Part shown: piece by piece, positions 22,039 through 36,779 of the stretch
How the letters are laid out: the number at the start of each line of letters is the position of its first letter
How positions within the stretch are numbered: the stretch's first letter is position 1
Assembly: GCF_006345805.1 (NCBI RefSeq)
Contig: NC_043015.1
Span: forward strand, 53,382,001-53,446,000
Direction: 5' to 3'
Length of the DNA: 64,000 nt
Origin: Octopus sinensis
Taxonomy: Eukaryota
Made by a program: the position numbers and the translations under genes
Notes under the pieces: model-generated
The model's input: the letters and a program-made list of their open reading frames with translations, nothing else
Database searches by the model: none
What the model was told of the DNA's origin: nothing

Positions 22039-22228
22039 GTGGAGGCGCAATGGCTCAGTGGCTAGGGCAGCGGACTCGCGATCGTAAGAACGCGGTTTCG
22101 ATTCCCAGACCGGTCATTGTGAGTGTTTATTGAGTAAAAAGACCTAAGCTTCACGAGGCTCCGGCGGTGGGGTGGGGTGAACGTCGCTGCACTCTTTCAC
22201 CACAGCTTTCTCTCCCTCTTTCTTCCTA
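22039..22228 (+). mobile_element. tRNA-derived SINE family 2, 5' part
   Basis: A box tggctcagtgg, B box ggtttcgattccc; homologous to 44051-44322. Confidence 0.8.
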
Positions 22229-22587
22229 CTTCTGCTACAAAGCAGAGGAACCATGATGTAACTCACTATGGTGTGGTAAACTTTCAGAACCTAGACTAAA
22301 TTGCGAATTTTCTGTAACCCAAGATGGTTCAGCTCTTCAGCCGTTAAAAGCCACCGTTTACGGAATGAGGATAACAAGGTAGCTTTCGCGCCCGTGCAAC
22401 CGCCAGTCTATTGCGTGTGGTGGGTGGATCTTCAAGTTACCACACGCATTCTTAGTAACTAAGAGTAGGCACGAATTAGAGATTATTCTTTGTGGCTAAT
22501 GGCGTGAGTCCTGATTGGAAGAAGAGGAAGAAGACGACACCCTGCGCGCACCGGGACCACTCTTCTTAAATAGTACCTATCTTATTG

Positions 22588-22620
<33 letters not shown>

Positions 22621-22642
22621 TATAATGTTGTACGCTATGTAT

Positions 22643-22686
<44 letters not shown>

Positions 22687-22720
22687 ATATATATAATATT
22701 ATATATATAATATTATATAT

Positions 22721-24281
22721 TCTAGTTTCAGCTCAGAGCTGCGGACATGCTGATGCAACGCCGTTTTGTGCTACACTGTTATTGCGACGAACCTCGTCTA
22801 ATATGTGGCACTTGGTGAAGAATGGACTTTGATACAGCTACTCTCATTTGCACCTCTTGCCGTGAGTTAGGTTCATCTGGACTCTTGACAGGAAGATGTC
22901 CAGCTTTGATTAAAAACCGCTACATCTACTTTGTGCAAGTTCCTCAGACTCTTTGGGAGAATATTAAAAAGCTGTGGGCCCTTGAAACACAGGCTGTTGC
23001 AGAAGCTGGTCCTGAAGCGTGATGACATTGCTGGGATCTTTGGCACTATGCAGTGTCGTCCGTTCTAGCATTGGTGTAGCTTACAATGCCAAAATGTTGG
23101 CACAATTCCTTCCAGGATCTTCCAGACATATATTACTGCATACCTCTCCCGTCTTCTCTCCAGGGAGTAGAGTCTTAGCTGTTTTCAACCTTTCCAGTAG
23201 CTGAGCTGTTGCAAAGAGACGATCTTCTTTGTGAATCTTCTCTGGATTGCTTCAAGGTCCGCTGTTAATTTTACACTGGTGGGTGACCATAGCTGTGAGC
23301 AGTAATCCAGGCGACTGAAGACGAATGTCCGCCAGAGGACCATCATGGTTTCCTTATCTCTGGTTCTGAATGTTCTTAGGATCCACCCAGCCAGTCGTCT
23401 GAACTTTGTCGCCATCCTGGTAATGTGCACTTGGAAAGAGGTATCGTCGCTCATTTCGATACCCAGGTCCCTCACAGACTTAGGCTCTGGGATTGAAATT
23501 CCCAATGGACCGGTGTATCCTGTAAGTTCAATATTCAGTTTTGGATGCTGGTAGCGCATGGCCTGGAATTTTTCAGCATTAAACTGCATATTATTATCCT
23601 CAGCCCATCTGTAGATTGAGTCCAACTCCTGCTGCAGGTGTGGAACATCGCTGGGGTTCTGTATTTTCTGCGAGACTTTCGTATCGTCTGCATAGCTTGC
23701 CAGAGTGGCTATCCGGGCATTTGAGGGCATATCTGAGAGGGCCACTATAAAAAGCAGTGGTCCCAAGACAGTGCCCTGTGGAACACCGCTCACTATTGTG
23801 TGTTCATAGAGATGGCTCCATTAACCACTACTGCCTGACTCCTATCTTCAGGAAGTCATGCAACCACACTCCAAGTTTTCCAGCTATGCCGAGGTCACGT
23901 AGTTTTGTGGCATATCATACCATGATCCACCTTGTCAAAAGCTTTTGCAAAATCAATGTAGATTACGTCCACATTTGATTTGTTGAGTAACTGCCTCAAC
24001 ACCCAGTCATAATGCTGTAAGGGCTGGGTCAGGCAGCTCCTACCTGGTCGAAAACCATGCTGGGTATTACTCAGCAAGTTATTTTCCTCAAGGAATGCGA
24101 TTAGTTCCTTTCTGACAATCCGTTCCATGACTTTGCTGATGTGTGAAGTCAGAGAGATAGGCCTATAGTTTTTGGCATCTGCTCTACTTCCCCCTTTATG
24201 TATTGAACATATTATTCCCTCCTTCAGCTTGCTTGGCAGTTTGCCATTCGCAAGAATGCTCTGGAAGAGAATCTTGAGGGT
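22721..24281 (-). mobile_element. CR1-type LINE, 5'-truncated, RT pseudogene plus 3' tail
   Basis: NYRPISLTS, QHGFRPGRSC, DFAKAFDKVDH, SGVPQGTVLGPLLF, YADDTK, RLDYCSQLWSP; frameshifted near 23895; (TA)n both sides. Confidence 0.9.
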
Positions 24282-24555
24282 TATATATATGTATATATAT
24301 TATGTATATATATATATATTATATATATATATATATATAGATATATATATATAATACATACGTATAATGATATATATAAATATATATATAGTAATGTATA
24401 CACACACATATAATATATATATACACATACGTATATATATAATATATATATAATATATATATATATGTAGTATACACACAATATTATATATATATATATA
24501 TTTATTTATACACACACCCCACACACACACACACACACACATATTATATATACAT

Positions 24556-24608
<53 letters not shown>

Positions 24609-24641
24609 TCAAAAATAAGCAACAAGGATATCCATGGCAGT

Positions 24642-24723
24642 GTAGTACAATCGTTTCATGCTACTTCATTTTATTAAACAATGTATTACATCAGTTCTAA
24701 AATGTAGAGCAATCTTCAGCATA
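24642..24723 (-). ncRNA. Decayed hammerhead motif with long stem II
   Basis: CUGAAGA-UUGCUCUACAUUUU..AAAAUGAAGUAGCAU-GAAAC-GAUU-GUA; stem I poor; about 35 nt from (TA)n. Confidence 0.45.
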
Positions 24724-24870
24724 TATAGAATTTTAAAATTAAATAGACAATGTACATTTTTATACTTATTTCATTTGCCAACATTATAAAGACGGTAGAT
24801 ATATTGACAGAGAGGTTAATTTCGTCATAGATAGATAGATAGAGAGAGAAAGATAGAGAGAGAGAGAGAA

Positions 24871-24934
<64 letters not shown>

Positions 24935-24991
24935 GATAGATAGATAGATAGATAGATGAATAGATATAGATATGTATATAAATGTATACAT

Positions 24992-25408
24992 AGGCGTAGG
25001 AGTGGCTGTGTGGTAAGTAGCGTGCTTACGAACCACATGGTTCCGGGTTCAGCCTCACTGCGTGGCACCATGGGCAAGTACTTCTACTATAGCTTCCGGG
25101 CCGAAGTGAGTGGATTTGGTAGACGGGATTTGGTAGACGGAAACTGAAACGCGTCCGTCGTATATATGTATATATTATATATGGATGTATATGTTTGTAT
25201 ATGTCTGTGTCTGTGTATGTGCCCCCAACATCGCTTGACAAGCGATGCTGGTGTGTTTACGTCCCCGTAAGTTAGCAGTTCGGCAAAAGAGACCGATAGT
25301 ATAAGTACTAGGCTCACAAAGAATAAGTCCTGGGACCGACTTTTCGACTAAAGGCTGTGGCCCAGCATGGCCAGAGTCAAATGACTAAAACAAGTCAAAG
25401 AGTAAAAT
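24992..25408 (+). mobile_element. Full-length SINE family 1
   Basis: Colinear with 20180-20596 and 60397-60827. Confidence 0.85.
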
Positions 25409-27335
25409 AGTAGCAGAATACATACATACGTTTATATATATATATATATAAATATATATACACATATGAAGTCTTGTAGAGATAGATATGGAGAAGCACA
25501 TGACACTAACACACACAACACACACACACACACCACAACCCTTTAAAAGGGTGTTTGTGTATGGTGCATATATTATGTATTGTGTATTCTGTATAGTGCA
25601 ATAAACAGAATTGATTGATTCACGATTTTGTTAAAGAATGAATTGTAGTTCTTATATACCATTGTCTTTGGTAACCTGTGCTCTACTAACCTACACATAT
25701 ATACGCAAGTACAAATATATACATACCTACATATATACATACATATATATGTTCATATAATATATTAACATATATATATATATATATAATATATATATAT
25801 TATATATATAATATATATATATATAGTATATATATAATATATAATACAGTTATTTCACTGTAAATTGTCACGATCAGGAAAGGATTCGGGAATCTTTCGT
25901 AGCAAATAAAAAAAATCCTCCAATCCCCAAATTAATTATAATTATGAGATATTTTGGTGTGTGTGTGTGTACTTGTATATATATAATATAATATATATTA
26001 TATATATATATATAATATATTAATATATATATATACTATATATACATATTATATATATATATATGATGTATGTATATGTGTGTGTGTGTTTTAAGTGTTT
26101 GTGTGCTTGTGATTTTGTGTGTGTATGGATGTATACACACTACCAGAGGATTTAGAATCGATTGTAGAAGTCTCGATATCTAGTCGATAGAGAATTGTCC
26201 AGTTCCTCAGAATGTCGTGATAATTCAAAATTATATTCGACACTCAAAGAAAAAAAAAGAAGAAAGAATTGGTGATTTCTTTATTTCCTCCATGTATAGA
26301 AGACAATGGCTCGTGAAAGGTAAAATAAAAATATGATCTGAAATAAAATTAAAGCTATAATTCTCTTCGAAAGGACTCTTACTTTAATCAGGAATTGTAT
26401 TATGGTGTAAATTCTATAACTGGATTTTAGCAAATACATGTAGAGCAATAAACACACACACACACATACATCCATATACGCACTAACACACCCACATACG
26501 TTTATAGATATATATTTATAAATATGTATATATATATATATATAGATATATATACATACAAATATATATAAATAAATAAATAAGTATATATGTATATGTT
26601 TATACACACGGAGACATACACACATATGACAATATAAATTGCTTCTAATAAAGTGACATATATTAACAATGGTGGTAAATGTGATTCTCTGGTCCAGGAG
26701 TTCGATTTACAACAGCATATCGATCTAACGACGCAAAACCACACGACATACTCTTTATGACTATTGTACGATTTCCCTGGGTTGGCCAGGAAAGTGTTAA
26801 TTTAATTCACTCAGAACAGATCATCCCGGAGAAAAAGCCGTTTGTCTTTTTCCGCTGTCATATTTAAGCATGCACGAATATAAAAATATAATTATGTATA
26901 TACATGTATATATATATATATATCTGTGTGTGTGCGTGTGTGTGTGTGTGTGGTCAATAAATAAAGGACCGTGTGCTTATTGTCTCGTATTTTCATATTA
27001 GGTTTTCGCAGCTGGTTTTGAATTTGAGAAGGCTTTCCAACGTCGAATATAAATTTGGGAACGTTATTCTTTCAAGCTACCCGCAAAAAAACCTAAAAGA
27101 GAATACGAAGAATCTACAATAATAATAATGATAATAATAGTAATAATTAATAATAATAATAACAACAACAGCAACAATAATACTCATAGATAAAAATAGA
27201 TTATATAACAATCGCGTAGTCAACGAAACGTCTAAAATAAATCTATCGGCATATATACATATACATACATACATACACCAAGACACAGACACAGACACAG
27301 ACACACACACAGACACACACACACACACACACACG

Positions 27336-27405
<70 letters not shown>

Positions 27406-28066
27406 TGTATATATATATATACACACACAGGGATATATATATATATATATATATACACACAGGGATATATATATATAAATATACACACACAGGGATGAAA
27501 ATAATAGATGGCCGGCAAACTGGCTTCCTGTACATACAGAGGTTAAAGGATTTGTTGGAAAGAGGGGGTCATTCAATGCTTACGTGTCTTGATCAAGCTT
27601 CCATGTTAGCGGAAAATTTTCGGAAGCCATTAAGAACGCAAATCACTACATCGCTCGAGGAAGAAGACGAGTATTGCAGTAAAGTCGAGCGTTCAGAATG
27701 GTAGAAACATCTGGCCCAGAGTTAAATATTTGAATGAGAAAAGCTCGTGCTACTCTGCGGGATCTCGTCTCCTACACTGCAGGGTACCCTCAGTGAGTTT
27801 TGGTTTTGTGGTAGATGAGTCCTAAATACATATAGAGCTGCTTCACCACCGGACGAGGCATCGTCTTCTGCATTTGGAAACGGAATACAGCAGCTGCCTT
27901 AACACAGGTGGACTTACTCTCTCTCACTTTCTCTCTCTCTCTCTTTCTCTCTCTTTCTCTCACTGTTTTTCACCCATCTCCCTCACTCTTTCTTACTCAT
28001 CTCTCTCTCTAAATAAATATATATATGTATGTGTGTGTGTACGCGTACGTGTGCGCACGCATGCGT

Positions 28067-28098
<32 letters not shown>

Positions 28099-29098
28099 TC
28101 ATACATACATACATTCATACATTCATACATACATATATGCATAAATACATAAATTCATATATACGTGCAAAAATACATACATTCATACTTACATACATAT
28201 AAACATTCATGCATATATACATACATACAATCATACATACATACATGTATATATTTATATATACATACAACCATACATACGTACATTTGTAACTTAAACT
28301 AAATATGCTGCGAAAAGAATATTGAAGTATATACTATAAAATTTACCTCACGTATTATATTTCATCTTTCATTTCACTATGCGTAGATAATTTTTTCTAG
28401 CTCAAATATATATACGCAATTATATACATACATCTGTCCTTCACCAGAGCATGATAAACTTTATTGCTATTGTATAATGCTGGCCCGTGAAATATATATT
28501 TTCTAAGATGTGAATTTGAGCTTCCAGCTGATTCGCTTTTGGATGTGTCTCCTTTCTTTTTATGTCTTCTGTGAAGTCTTTGTATTTAAAGAACTTCCGT
28601 ATTTTCAAGTCCAACAACTTAACTATGTCGATGTCTATTATTTCTAGATTGTGTTTTTAAGCTACTTTCTAAATATATTTGTTCGCAGCTGTTTAGATAC
28701 CTGGAGATGGCCAACTGTTTGTCATATCTTCTCGCATACATTTTTTTTCTTATCGTTCATATCTCAACTGCATTGCTGCAACGGATACTAGTGACAAAAC
28801 AATCAACGTCATTTTATCTATTGGCGAATACATAGCTATGTGTCTAAGAAATTCGTTTTGCAATTGTATGGTTGCGGGTTCAACCTCAACCATTTTTCTT
28901 GAGTCAAAACATCGTGATGTTGGGCACCACATCTGTAGAAAGAAACTGTGCGAACTGTGGTCTCTTTGGTTCTTTCTGGTTTCTCCATTCACTCAGTTCC
29001 TACACAACCAATTCCCTTTTCTGTCTGCTGCACACCTAAATATCATTCACATCCTGCAAAGAACTATATAACCCTAAAAAAATTCCAAAGAACGAAAA

Positions 29099-29178
<80 letters not shown>

Positions 29179-29194
29179 ATCTATTATCTATCTA

Positions 29195-29246
<52 letters not shown>

Positions 29247-29273
29247 AATATAATATGTGACAGTTATTTAGTA

Positions 29274-29344
29274 GCCATGATAAAACTCCGAGTTTCGGAT
29301 TTCGGGGAGGAAACCCGCACCGGCATCTCTTCAGTTATCAGGCC
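29274..29344 (-). ncRNA. Hammerhead motif, GAUGCCGG family, second copy
   Basis: GGCCUGAUAA-CUGAAGA-GAUGCCGG..CCGAAAUC-C-GAAA-CUC-G-GAGUU|UUAUCAUGGC. Confidence 0.65.
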
Positions 29345-29867
29345 ATCAAAAGATACTAAGAAAATGACCGTTAAAGAAAGGGTAATTACTCTGTGATTTA
29401 CCGTTATTAAGACAAAAGAGCTATTAGAATGACCACTAAATAAGGGGAGGGAGTGAAAATACTCATAGTAATTGCGTAAGCGTGCATGTCCATTCATACA
29501 CATCCGCACCCGCACACCCACGTACATGTGCCTACATGCATATGCTTGTCCACACTCGCTTGAAACACACACATGCTCATCCACACATTCGCAACAAAAT
29601 ATATACATGCCCGCACACACGCTCACAAACACACACACACGCGCGCACAAAAGAGTTCCTATACACGTCTATATACGTCCATACACAAAATAAAAAACAG
29701 GGTGAAAGGCAAAATACAGAAAAATGTGTAAAATACAATGCAAAAAGAATATAAAAATAAAGGTGTAAAAATGCTCATAGCAACCCCATATGCGCATATA
29801 ATATCGAGGACTCTATCATTCTTTTGTTGTCTTACCATTACTATCAATATATATATACATACACACA

Positions 29868-29922
<55 letters not shown>

Positions 29923-29959
29923 CGCTATGATAGATCGCTAACCACTACACATTTTTTAT

Positions 29960-30115
29960 TTTCTCACCTTGTTTCTTTCTGTGTTCTTTTCTGTGGAAGA
30001 GCGTAGGCTCGAAACGTCAAAGACGTTTTCACGTCCGGAGCGTTATACTAATACATCTGTTAGTTGTCTACACCACCTGTCTTCGGCTTTTGTCTTTTCT
30101 GTGAATTCTCCCTAC
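29960..30115 (+). mobile_element. PLE-like 3' tail family C with variant hammerhead at 29987-30022
   Basis: UUUU-CUGUGGA-A-GAGC-GUAG-GCUC-GAAAC-GUC|AAAG; homologous to 50870-51050 (minus). Confidence 0.55.
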
Positions 30116-30116
30116 G

Positions 30117-30207
<91 letters not shown>

Positions 30208-32159
30208 ATATATATATATTATATTATATTAATCAATGAATTAATGAAGTGTCGATCCGCAAGAAATAAGAGTTAAAACTCGTTTGGACCACCTAAAAAT
30301 CATGCTGAAAACGACAGATACAACAGTATATGGGCGAGCGAACCGAAAAAGATCTCTCACATATATAGCGCAAGGTATATATTTAATGGAACAGGTATAT
30401 ATGTGGACCAGTTTCTCGTTTTGACATAAAATTTCTTGCCTTCCTCAGCACATCTTAATCCTTAGAAACATCCTTCTAGTTCGCTATCTTGAAATCTGCT
30501 GGCGTTCATAATTGCTTAGCGCCAACATGTGGACAGCCTCAGTTTGAAAAGTATTATATATATATATTTATGTAGGCCCACAGTAAACAAACTATTTCCT
30601 GCTTAAATGCTTCGTTTTAAAACTATAGTACTCAACATATAAAATGCTTGCAGCCTTCCGCTCAACATCTCCAAGCCATTAATGTTTATTCGAAAACTAG
30701 CAAGAGACATTCCCCCACTTCTCGATATTGCTATGAACAGCTATCACTTATAAGAATTTCTGAAAGTTTTCTGTGATTAATTATGTTGAATCTAACTTGC
30801 CTGCTATATTACCGAAACGTTCATTCCTTAAAACAGCAAGAAATAAATTCTGTCCTACAATTAATTTATCAAAAGCGCCTTCTGTCTCTATGCAAATATA
30901 TATCTATTTTGCTGTAATAAAATGCAGACGAATGAAATTCAAGTGCGTTGATATGGCAGCCAAGAATTGACACTTGTCTAGATGTCTCTCTTGGAGAGCA
31001 ACACGTTCGCGTTATTGATATAAGTGTATATAAAGTTTGTTATCAATCCAATCTATGGCATTATACTTAATATCTTTGACTGACAAACTTGTTTCCTCTT
31101 CTACGAAAAGACATATAACATCTCTATTCTAGTTCAGTATAATAATTAATGACAGATATTGAGATTTGCACTTACTACCAACAAACAAGTTCTGTCGAAG
31201 AAAACGATAAAAATAATCAATTTATAGATTCTTATTCTGTGAAGTGATGCATATATTATCAAATGCCACAAAGAATGGCATAAGTGATTGGGTCGGAAGT
31301 AACAGAAATGGTAAGGCGACATTACGTTCTGTTGAAAATCTCTCGGGTATTAAAGAAATCCGTTTCGTTCGCTAATGAAACAACACTATGGACAGTTAAG
31401 AAAACTTTTATTATTAAACTTTCCTGTATCAACCAAAAAGACTAATTCTCTTTATTGATTTCGCGAGAAAACCTCCAACTGAACAAATGAATGGACGCCT
31501 AAACGTAATGCCGTTTAAATATCGAAGCATTCTTGTACAGCAAAGCATCACGTGATCCACAACAATAACCGTCTCGTGTTATAACATGGGAAACAGAACC
31601 TTCACCATGGAGTCTATACTGCACGGGATGCTTTTCATTAACTAACACTGGTAGATGATGTTGATGTTGTTGTTGTTGTTTTTGTTGTCGATGGTGATTT
31701 CATTTGCTTTTAAACCTTTACCCGTATAAAGCATTTTCATAAGTTTGTACTAAACGAGCACGCTTGTGTTCAGATTTTTAGTTCGCCCTTGTTTCATACT
31801 TTGCGCGTAACCTAAAGATTTTCTTTCGTAAGTCATAAGTTAATCTAGTGCGAACGGAAAAGAAATTGGGAATACGTACCATGTATGAAGTACAGGGAAG
31901 TCCGTCTTGTGCATCACATGGGATGCACATGTCAGCCAAATGGTTATTTCCGATTCAAGAAACTTACAGTCAATGACGTTCCACTCGTAACCATCCTGTC
32001 TTTTATTCCGACTATCGATGTAATTAGGACACTATTTAATCAGTGAATATACGTACGTTCGCACATGCATTATCTGCATACTCATACACGCACACATACA
32101 TTCATAAATCTATATATATATATATAATATATATATATATATGTATGCATGTTAATAGT

Positions 32160-32466
32160 TATCGCCATACTAATATGGCAGTCTATAAATAAGACTAAAG
32201 CTGTCGCCTCCAGCTAGCTATATGACACACGAACCTGCGTCCATTACAACCTTCGAACATTTGTGATTCTGTGTTTGTCTCTCCATCATCGTTTGACAAC
32301 CAATATCCGTGTGTTTACGTTCCTGTAACTTAGCGCTTCGGCAAAGGGGGCCCGAAAGAATACGTACTAGGCTTATAAAGAATAAATCCTGGGATTGATT
32401 TGTTCGACTAAAGGTGGTGTTCCTCCAGTATGCTCGCAGTCAAATGACGTAAACAAGTAAAAGAAT
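32160..32466 (+). mobile_element. SINE family 1-related element, 3' two-thirds
   Basis: gtgtttacgttcctgtaacttagcg...cgcagtcaaatgacgtaaacaagtaaaag. Confidence 0.7.
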
Positions 32467-33039
32467 ATATATATATATATATGATGTATGTATGTATATA
32501 GGTGTAAGCGTGGTTGTGTGGGTTCGATTCTCCCTGAAGTTAGCTAATCATTTTTCGGTCATTTGTTTGTATTTAAAAATTTCTGCTATAAATCGGAAAA
32601 TAAATATATTATTATACAGTAATACATACATGCATACATACATACATACATACACACACACACGCTCACACACACACACATATACATATGTAATGTATAT
32701 TAAATTTAATATAAAATATTATTTTATTTGTGTAGTTAGCATGTAATAACTAGTTTAAGTAAAATTTTTAAAATTTATATTAATAGCAAGAGGGTAAGTA
32801 CACAGTCTTAACCACATGCTAAAGAAAGACGCCAAATGGCTGTGAACTACCTTAGATATCACATAAGCACGCGGCAAAATCGGGATAATAAACGAAATAG
32901 ATACATTTGCATATATATGTGTATATATATGTATATATTATATATATAATATATATTATATATATATATACACACACCTAATATATATATAAATACATAT
33001 ATATGCATATATCTGTATACACATATACATATATATATA

Positions 33040-33111
<72 letters not shown>

Positions 33112-33172
33112 CTTCATTGCAACTCACCACGTGGGTATAATCGAAATTGTCCCCCTCGCTTTTTCTTAGTGT

Positions 33173-33224
<52 letters not shown>

Positions 33225-33261
33225 TATATATGTATGTATGTACGTATTCTATTAACCATTT

Positions 33262-34245
33262 TCCCGTTTCAGTCATTCGTCTGCGTTCAAGCTAGAGCAT
33301 CAACGTGGTCTTTTTGACTTCCTCAGTCTGGTGTGCTTCATATCACCACTCCAGTATATGCCTTTCTTCCATCTGTTGGCCCATTTCGAGTATAAGGTGG
33401 TTCAATACAGCTGCCCTCGTCTGCATCTCATTTCGTGCTGTTAGTTCATCCGGTATTTCGGAGAGGATGATGTCTGGTTCTTTTTGAAGACATCTGCTTC
33501 CACCTTATACAGATTTCTTAATTTTTATGGGCCTTTGAACCGTAGACTTTAGCAGTATTTGGTCCTGAATTTAGATGGGGTGGACTGTATCTTTGGTTCA
33601 ATCTAATGGAGGCCAGTTCTGGTATTTGTATAACACTCAATGTCGAGTTTCGTTACCAGTCCTTATAGAGTTTTCCATACGTAGATTATTGCATATCTCG
33701 CACGCCTTCGCACCAGGGAATAAATTAACAGTTTTCTCAGCCTATCCCTGCACCTCATCCGCTCCACTGTTTCAATCTATTTAGTGTAGCGACGTTGGAT
33801 TGCTTCAAGGTCCGATGTTAGTTTAGCACTATGTGGTAATTATAGCTGGGAGCACTAGCCCTGGCAGCTGAGAACAAGGGTTCTTCACAGAGTCAGCATA
33901 GTTTCTTGGTCTCATTAACCCACCTGATAATTGTCTGCATTTTGCTGCCATCTTGGTAATGTGCATATAAAAGGATGCCTCATTAAACATGCTCATCCAC
34001 AACTCATCCACTGCCAATAGTTGTGGGATGGTAGTGCCTTCGGGTCCTATATATGTAGATAGTACTGTATTTGTGAGTTGATAGAGCAGTGCTTGAAATG
34101 TTCGTGCATTTAACTACATATTGTTTATTTCGAACCAATTGTATATCGAATTTAGGTCCCGCTGTAAGGTTGCAACGTCATTTTGGTTTTTTATTGCCTG
34201 CGATACTTTTGTATCATCGGCATAGCTAGTGACAGTGGCTGTCCA
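33262..34245 (-). mobile_element. Older CR1-type LINE 3' fragment
   Basis: SYADDTKVSQAIKNQNDVATLQRDLNSIYNW; IYVWKTL..GLV; SLRFKGP; same family as 22721. Confidence 0.8.
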
Positions 34246-35435
34246 AGTGACCGTATGTATGTATGTATCTACGGTATGTATACGAATTATATACATATTT
34301 GCATATGTACATTTAGATTTAGGTATATGCACATACAAATATTATTAAAAATCATCATATTTTAAAATGTCTAACGTGTTTTCCGAGCGGTCTGAGATCA
34401 AGTTGCTTGTCAGGCAAATATATATCCAAAATAAAGACGCACGTGTATCTTTCTACGCTATGTATGTCCCTGACATACGCAACAAATACATAACTCATGA
34501 TTAAACTTTATAGAGTTGTCTGTTTACAGATACTCCGCAGGGTTAAAGGTCTGACTTATGCAATTCATACAGCTGCATCGAAGCTCATGAATAAAGAATA
34601 TTAAGCCACCTCATATTCAACGGTCCATAACACTAAACGATTTGCTGACTTTGACAAATAAATATCCTTCATATAAACTCACTCAAAATAACACGAAGTT
34701 AAACTTGGTAGAAGAATATATATTTAATGTTGATGGAAAATAATTTTCATCTAGTATTGTTTTAGTACAAATCTATACATTTATCCTTATACAAAAGCCA
34801 TTAACTCACTTACTTTATGGTGTGTTGTATAATTTTTATTGCAAACTTATTGTACCCTGTTGATTCGGTGCTTGACAAGCAGTCGACGGTAAGTTTGTGT
34901 TATTTTTTTTCCTTCTGTATATTCGTCGTTGCATATTTAATGTCTGTAACCAATAAAATTTATGAATGAAATAACCAAATTCACCGAACGATGAAGAAGT
35001 ACTGACCCATAGGGAGAATTCGACGATAAAATTGAAGGTACCATTCTGAAATTGTTGTATATTTTGTTTCGTTAACACACACCACCTCATTTTAATGTGT
35101 CCATTAATAGGACCAGAGTCTTATAGTTCTCCTAGTTCAAAGCAGTTCTACACACATCTATGGATATATTTGAGCACAATAAAGACCTTCTGATGGCGGT
35201 GTTCAGGTTTCGACCCAACTGTCGAGCATCATTTTTCTTAGAGTCGCGCCGACCAAACATTGTGTGAAATAGGGTTGGTGGAAACTGTGCAGAATCTCGC
35301 GGGCTGGATTGCACCTGTAGTTGAAAGGTACAACCTTTGCAAAGTTCCATAATTATATCTATGTGTTATGTGAATATTTAAGAATATACGCGTCTGAAGG
35401 TAAATATATACATGCAAGTACAAATTATACACATA

Positions 35436-36316
35436 CGACGTGTTAATCAAAAGTAACCAGAAACGTTCTCTGTGTGACAAACCCGTTTTAGTTCTGGCTT
35501 CTGCTGCTAGAAGCCACTTGATGCGACCCTCAGGCAACAGTCTGTTGACCGGCGTCGTCTGTTACGGTCGTACCGCTACGTAGTACGTCTTTCTTTGGAA
35601 GTGCTTCTTCCCTCTTCGTCGATTTTCCGATGTTGAAACGAAGGAACACAGTACTTCCGTGAAAGTTTGCTTTCTGCTGAGGAAAACGGCGGTAGAAGCA
35701 GTTGTTATGCCTCAAACAGCTTACAAGGACGCTGTCGTGAGCAAAACACAAGTTTTCGAGTGAGTTTCACGCTGTAGGAATGGTCGCTTGAAGACCAATC
35801 TCGTTCCGGACAAACGGTGACCTCCCGAACGTATGAAAACATGAAAATTCATGAACTGATCTTAGATAACCGTCACGGAACAATTGACAGATTTGTTGAT
35901 ATGACTGGTGTGTCCTGCGGCTCCTGCCAATGAATTTTAGAGCGAGGACTTCCGAATGAAAAGAGTTGCAGCAAAATATGTTTCTCGCTTGATCTGGGAA
36001 GATCAAAGCAGTTACGAATGAATGCGTGTCGTGAACTGAAAGAACCGTTGGTAGTTGATCCGGAACATTTTTTCAAAGGTCATTACTGGTGATGAAAACT
36101 GGTGCTTCAGAATTCTCAAATGTGGAAAAGGGGAAGAATAAAATGATAGAGGCGTTAAAAGGCATCATTTCGCAAGAGTTCCAGCACTGCTTCGAACGAT
36201 GGACTGATGCATTGCTTCAAATGGAGAATACTTTGAGGTGATAAAAATGTAAACATGTAAAACTAAGTGGATAAAATAATATTACAAAATTCCGGGTTCT
36301 TTTGGGTACTTCCTCG
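35436..36316 (+). mobile_element. Internally deleted mariner relic
   Basis: Ends tacgacgtg..caaaagtaaccagaa / revcomp tacgaggaa..caaaagaacccggaa; HTH region and KVITGDENWC; C-terminal FQHCFERW. Confidence 0.7.
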
Positions 36317-36779
36317 TATAAACATACAATAACACATACGTACATATGTATGTATCTATATCTAGAGGTATATGCTCAATAGTTACAGATATCAATAGAC
36401 GAGAGAAACGACTGGGAGACTGAATATGTTCATACAAAAATAGAAATAGTCCAAAGATTTAATACATCATGCCATAACCAAAGCAAAAGAAATCCCGATA
36501 TACAATTGACGAAGAAATACTTATGCTAAGGGCGAAAACGAAAATACAAAGATACGAAGATAAATATTCCATTTGTAGTCAGCCGTAATCCTAGGAAGTA
36601 TAGCATCCAGCATTCAGCCATGCGATGCCTCCCAATTGTACACCACTCATCAAATCCTCACAAATAATTTTTAAAAATCATAGATCGTCAACAACCGAAA
36701 ACAGTCAAAAGATCTCAAGAGACATCTAACAAAGACGAAAAATAATACACGTAACAAACTGAGGAGGCCTCCATTCAGG

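Noticed and set aside
22295-22345. Minus-strand CUGAAGA...GAAA
   Set aside because: No stem I pairing and weak stem II base.
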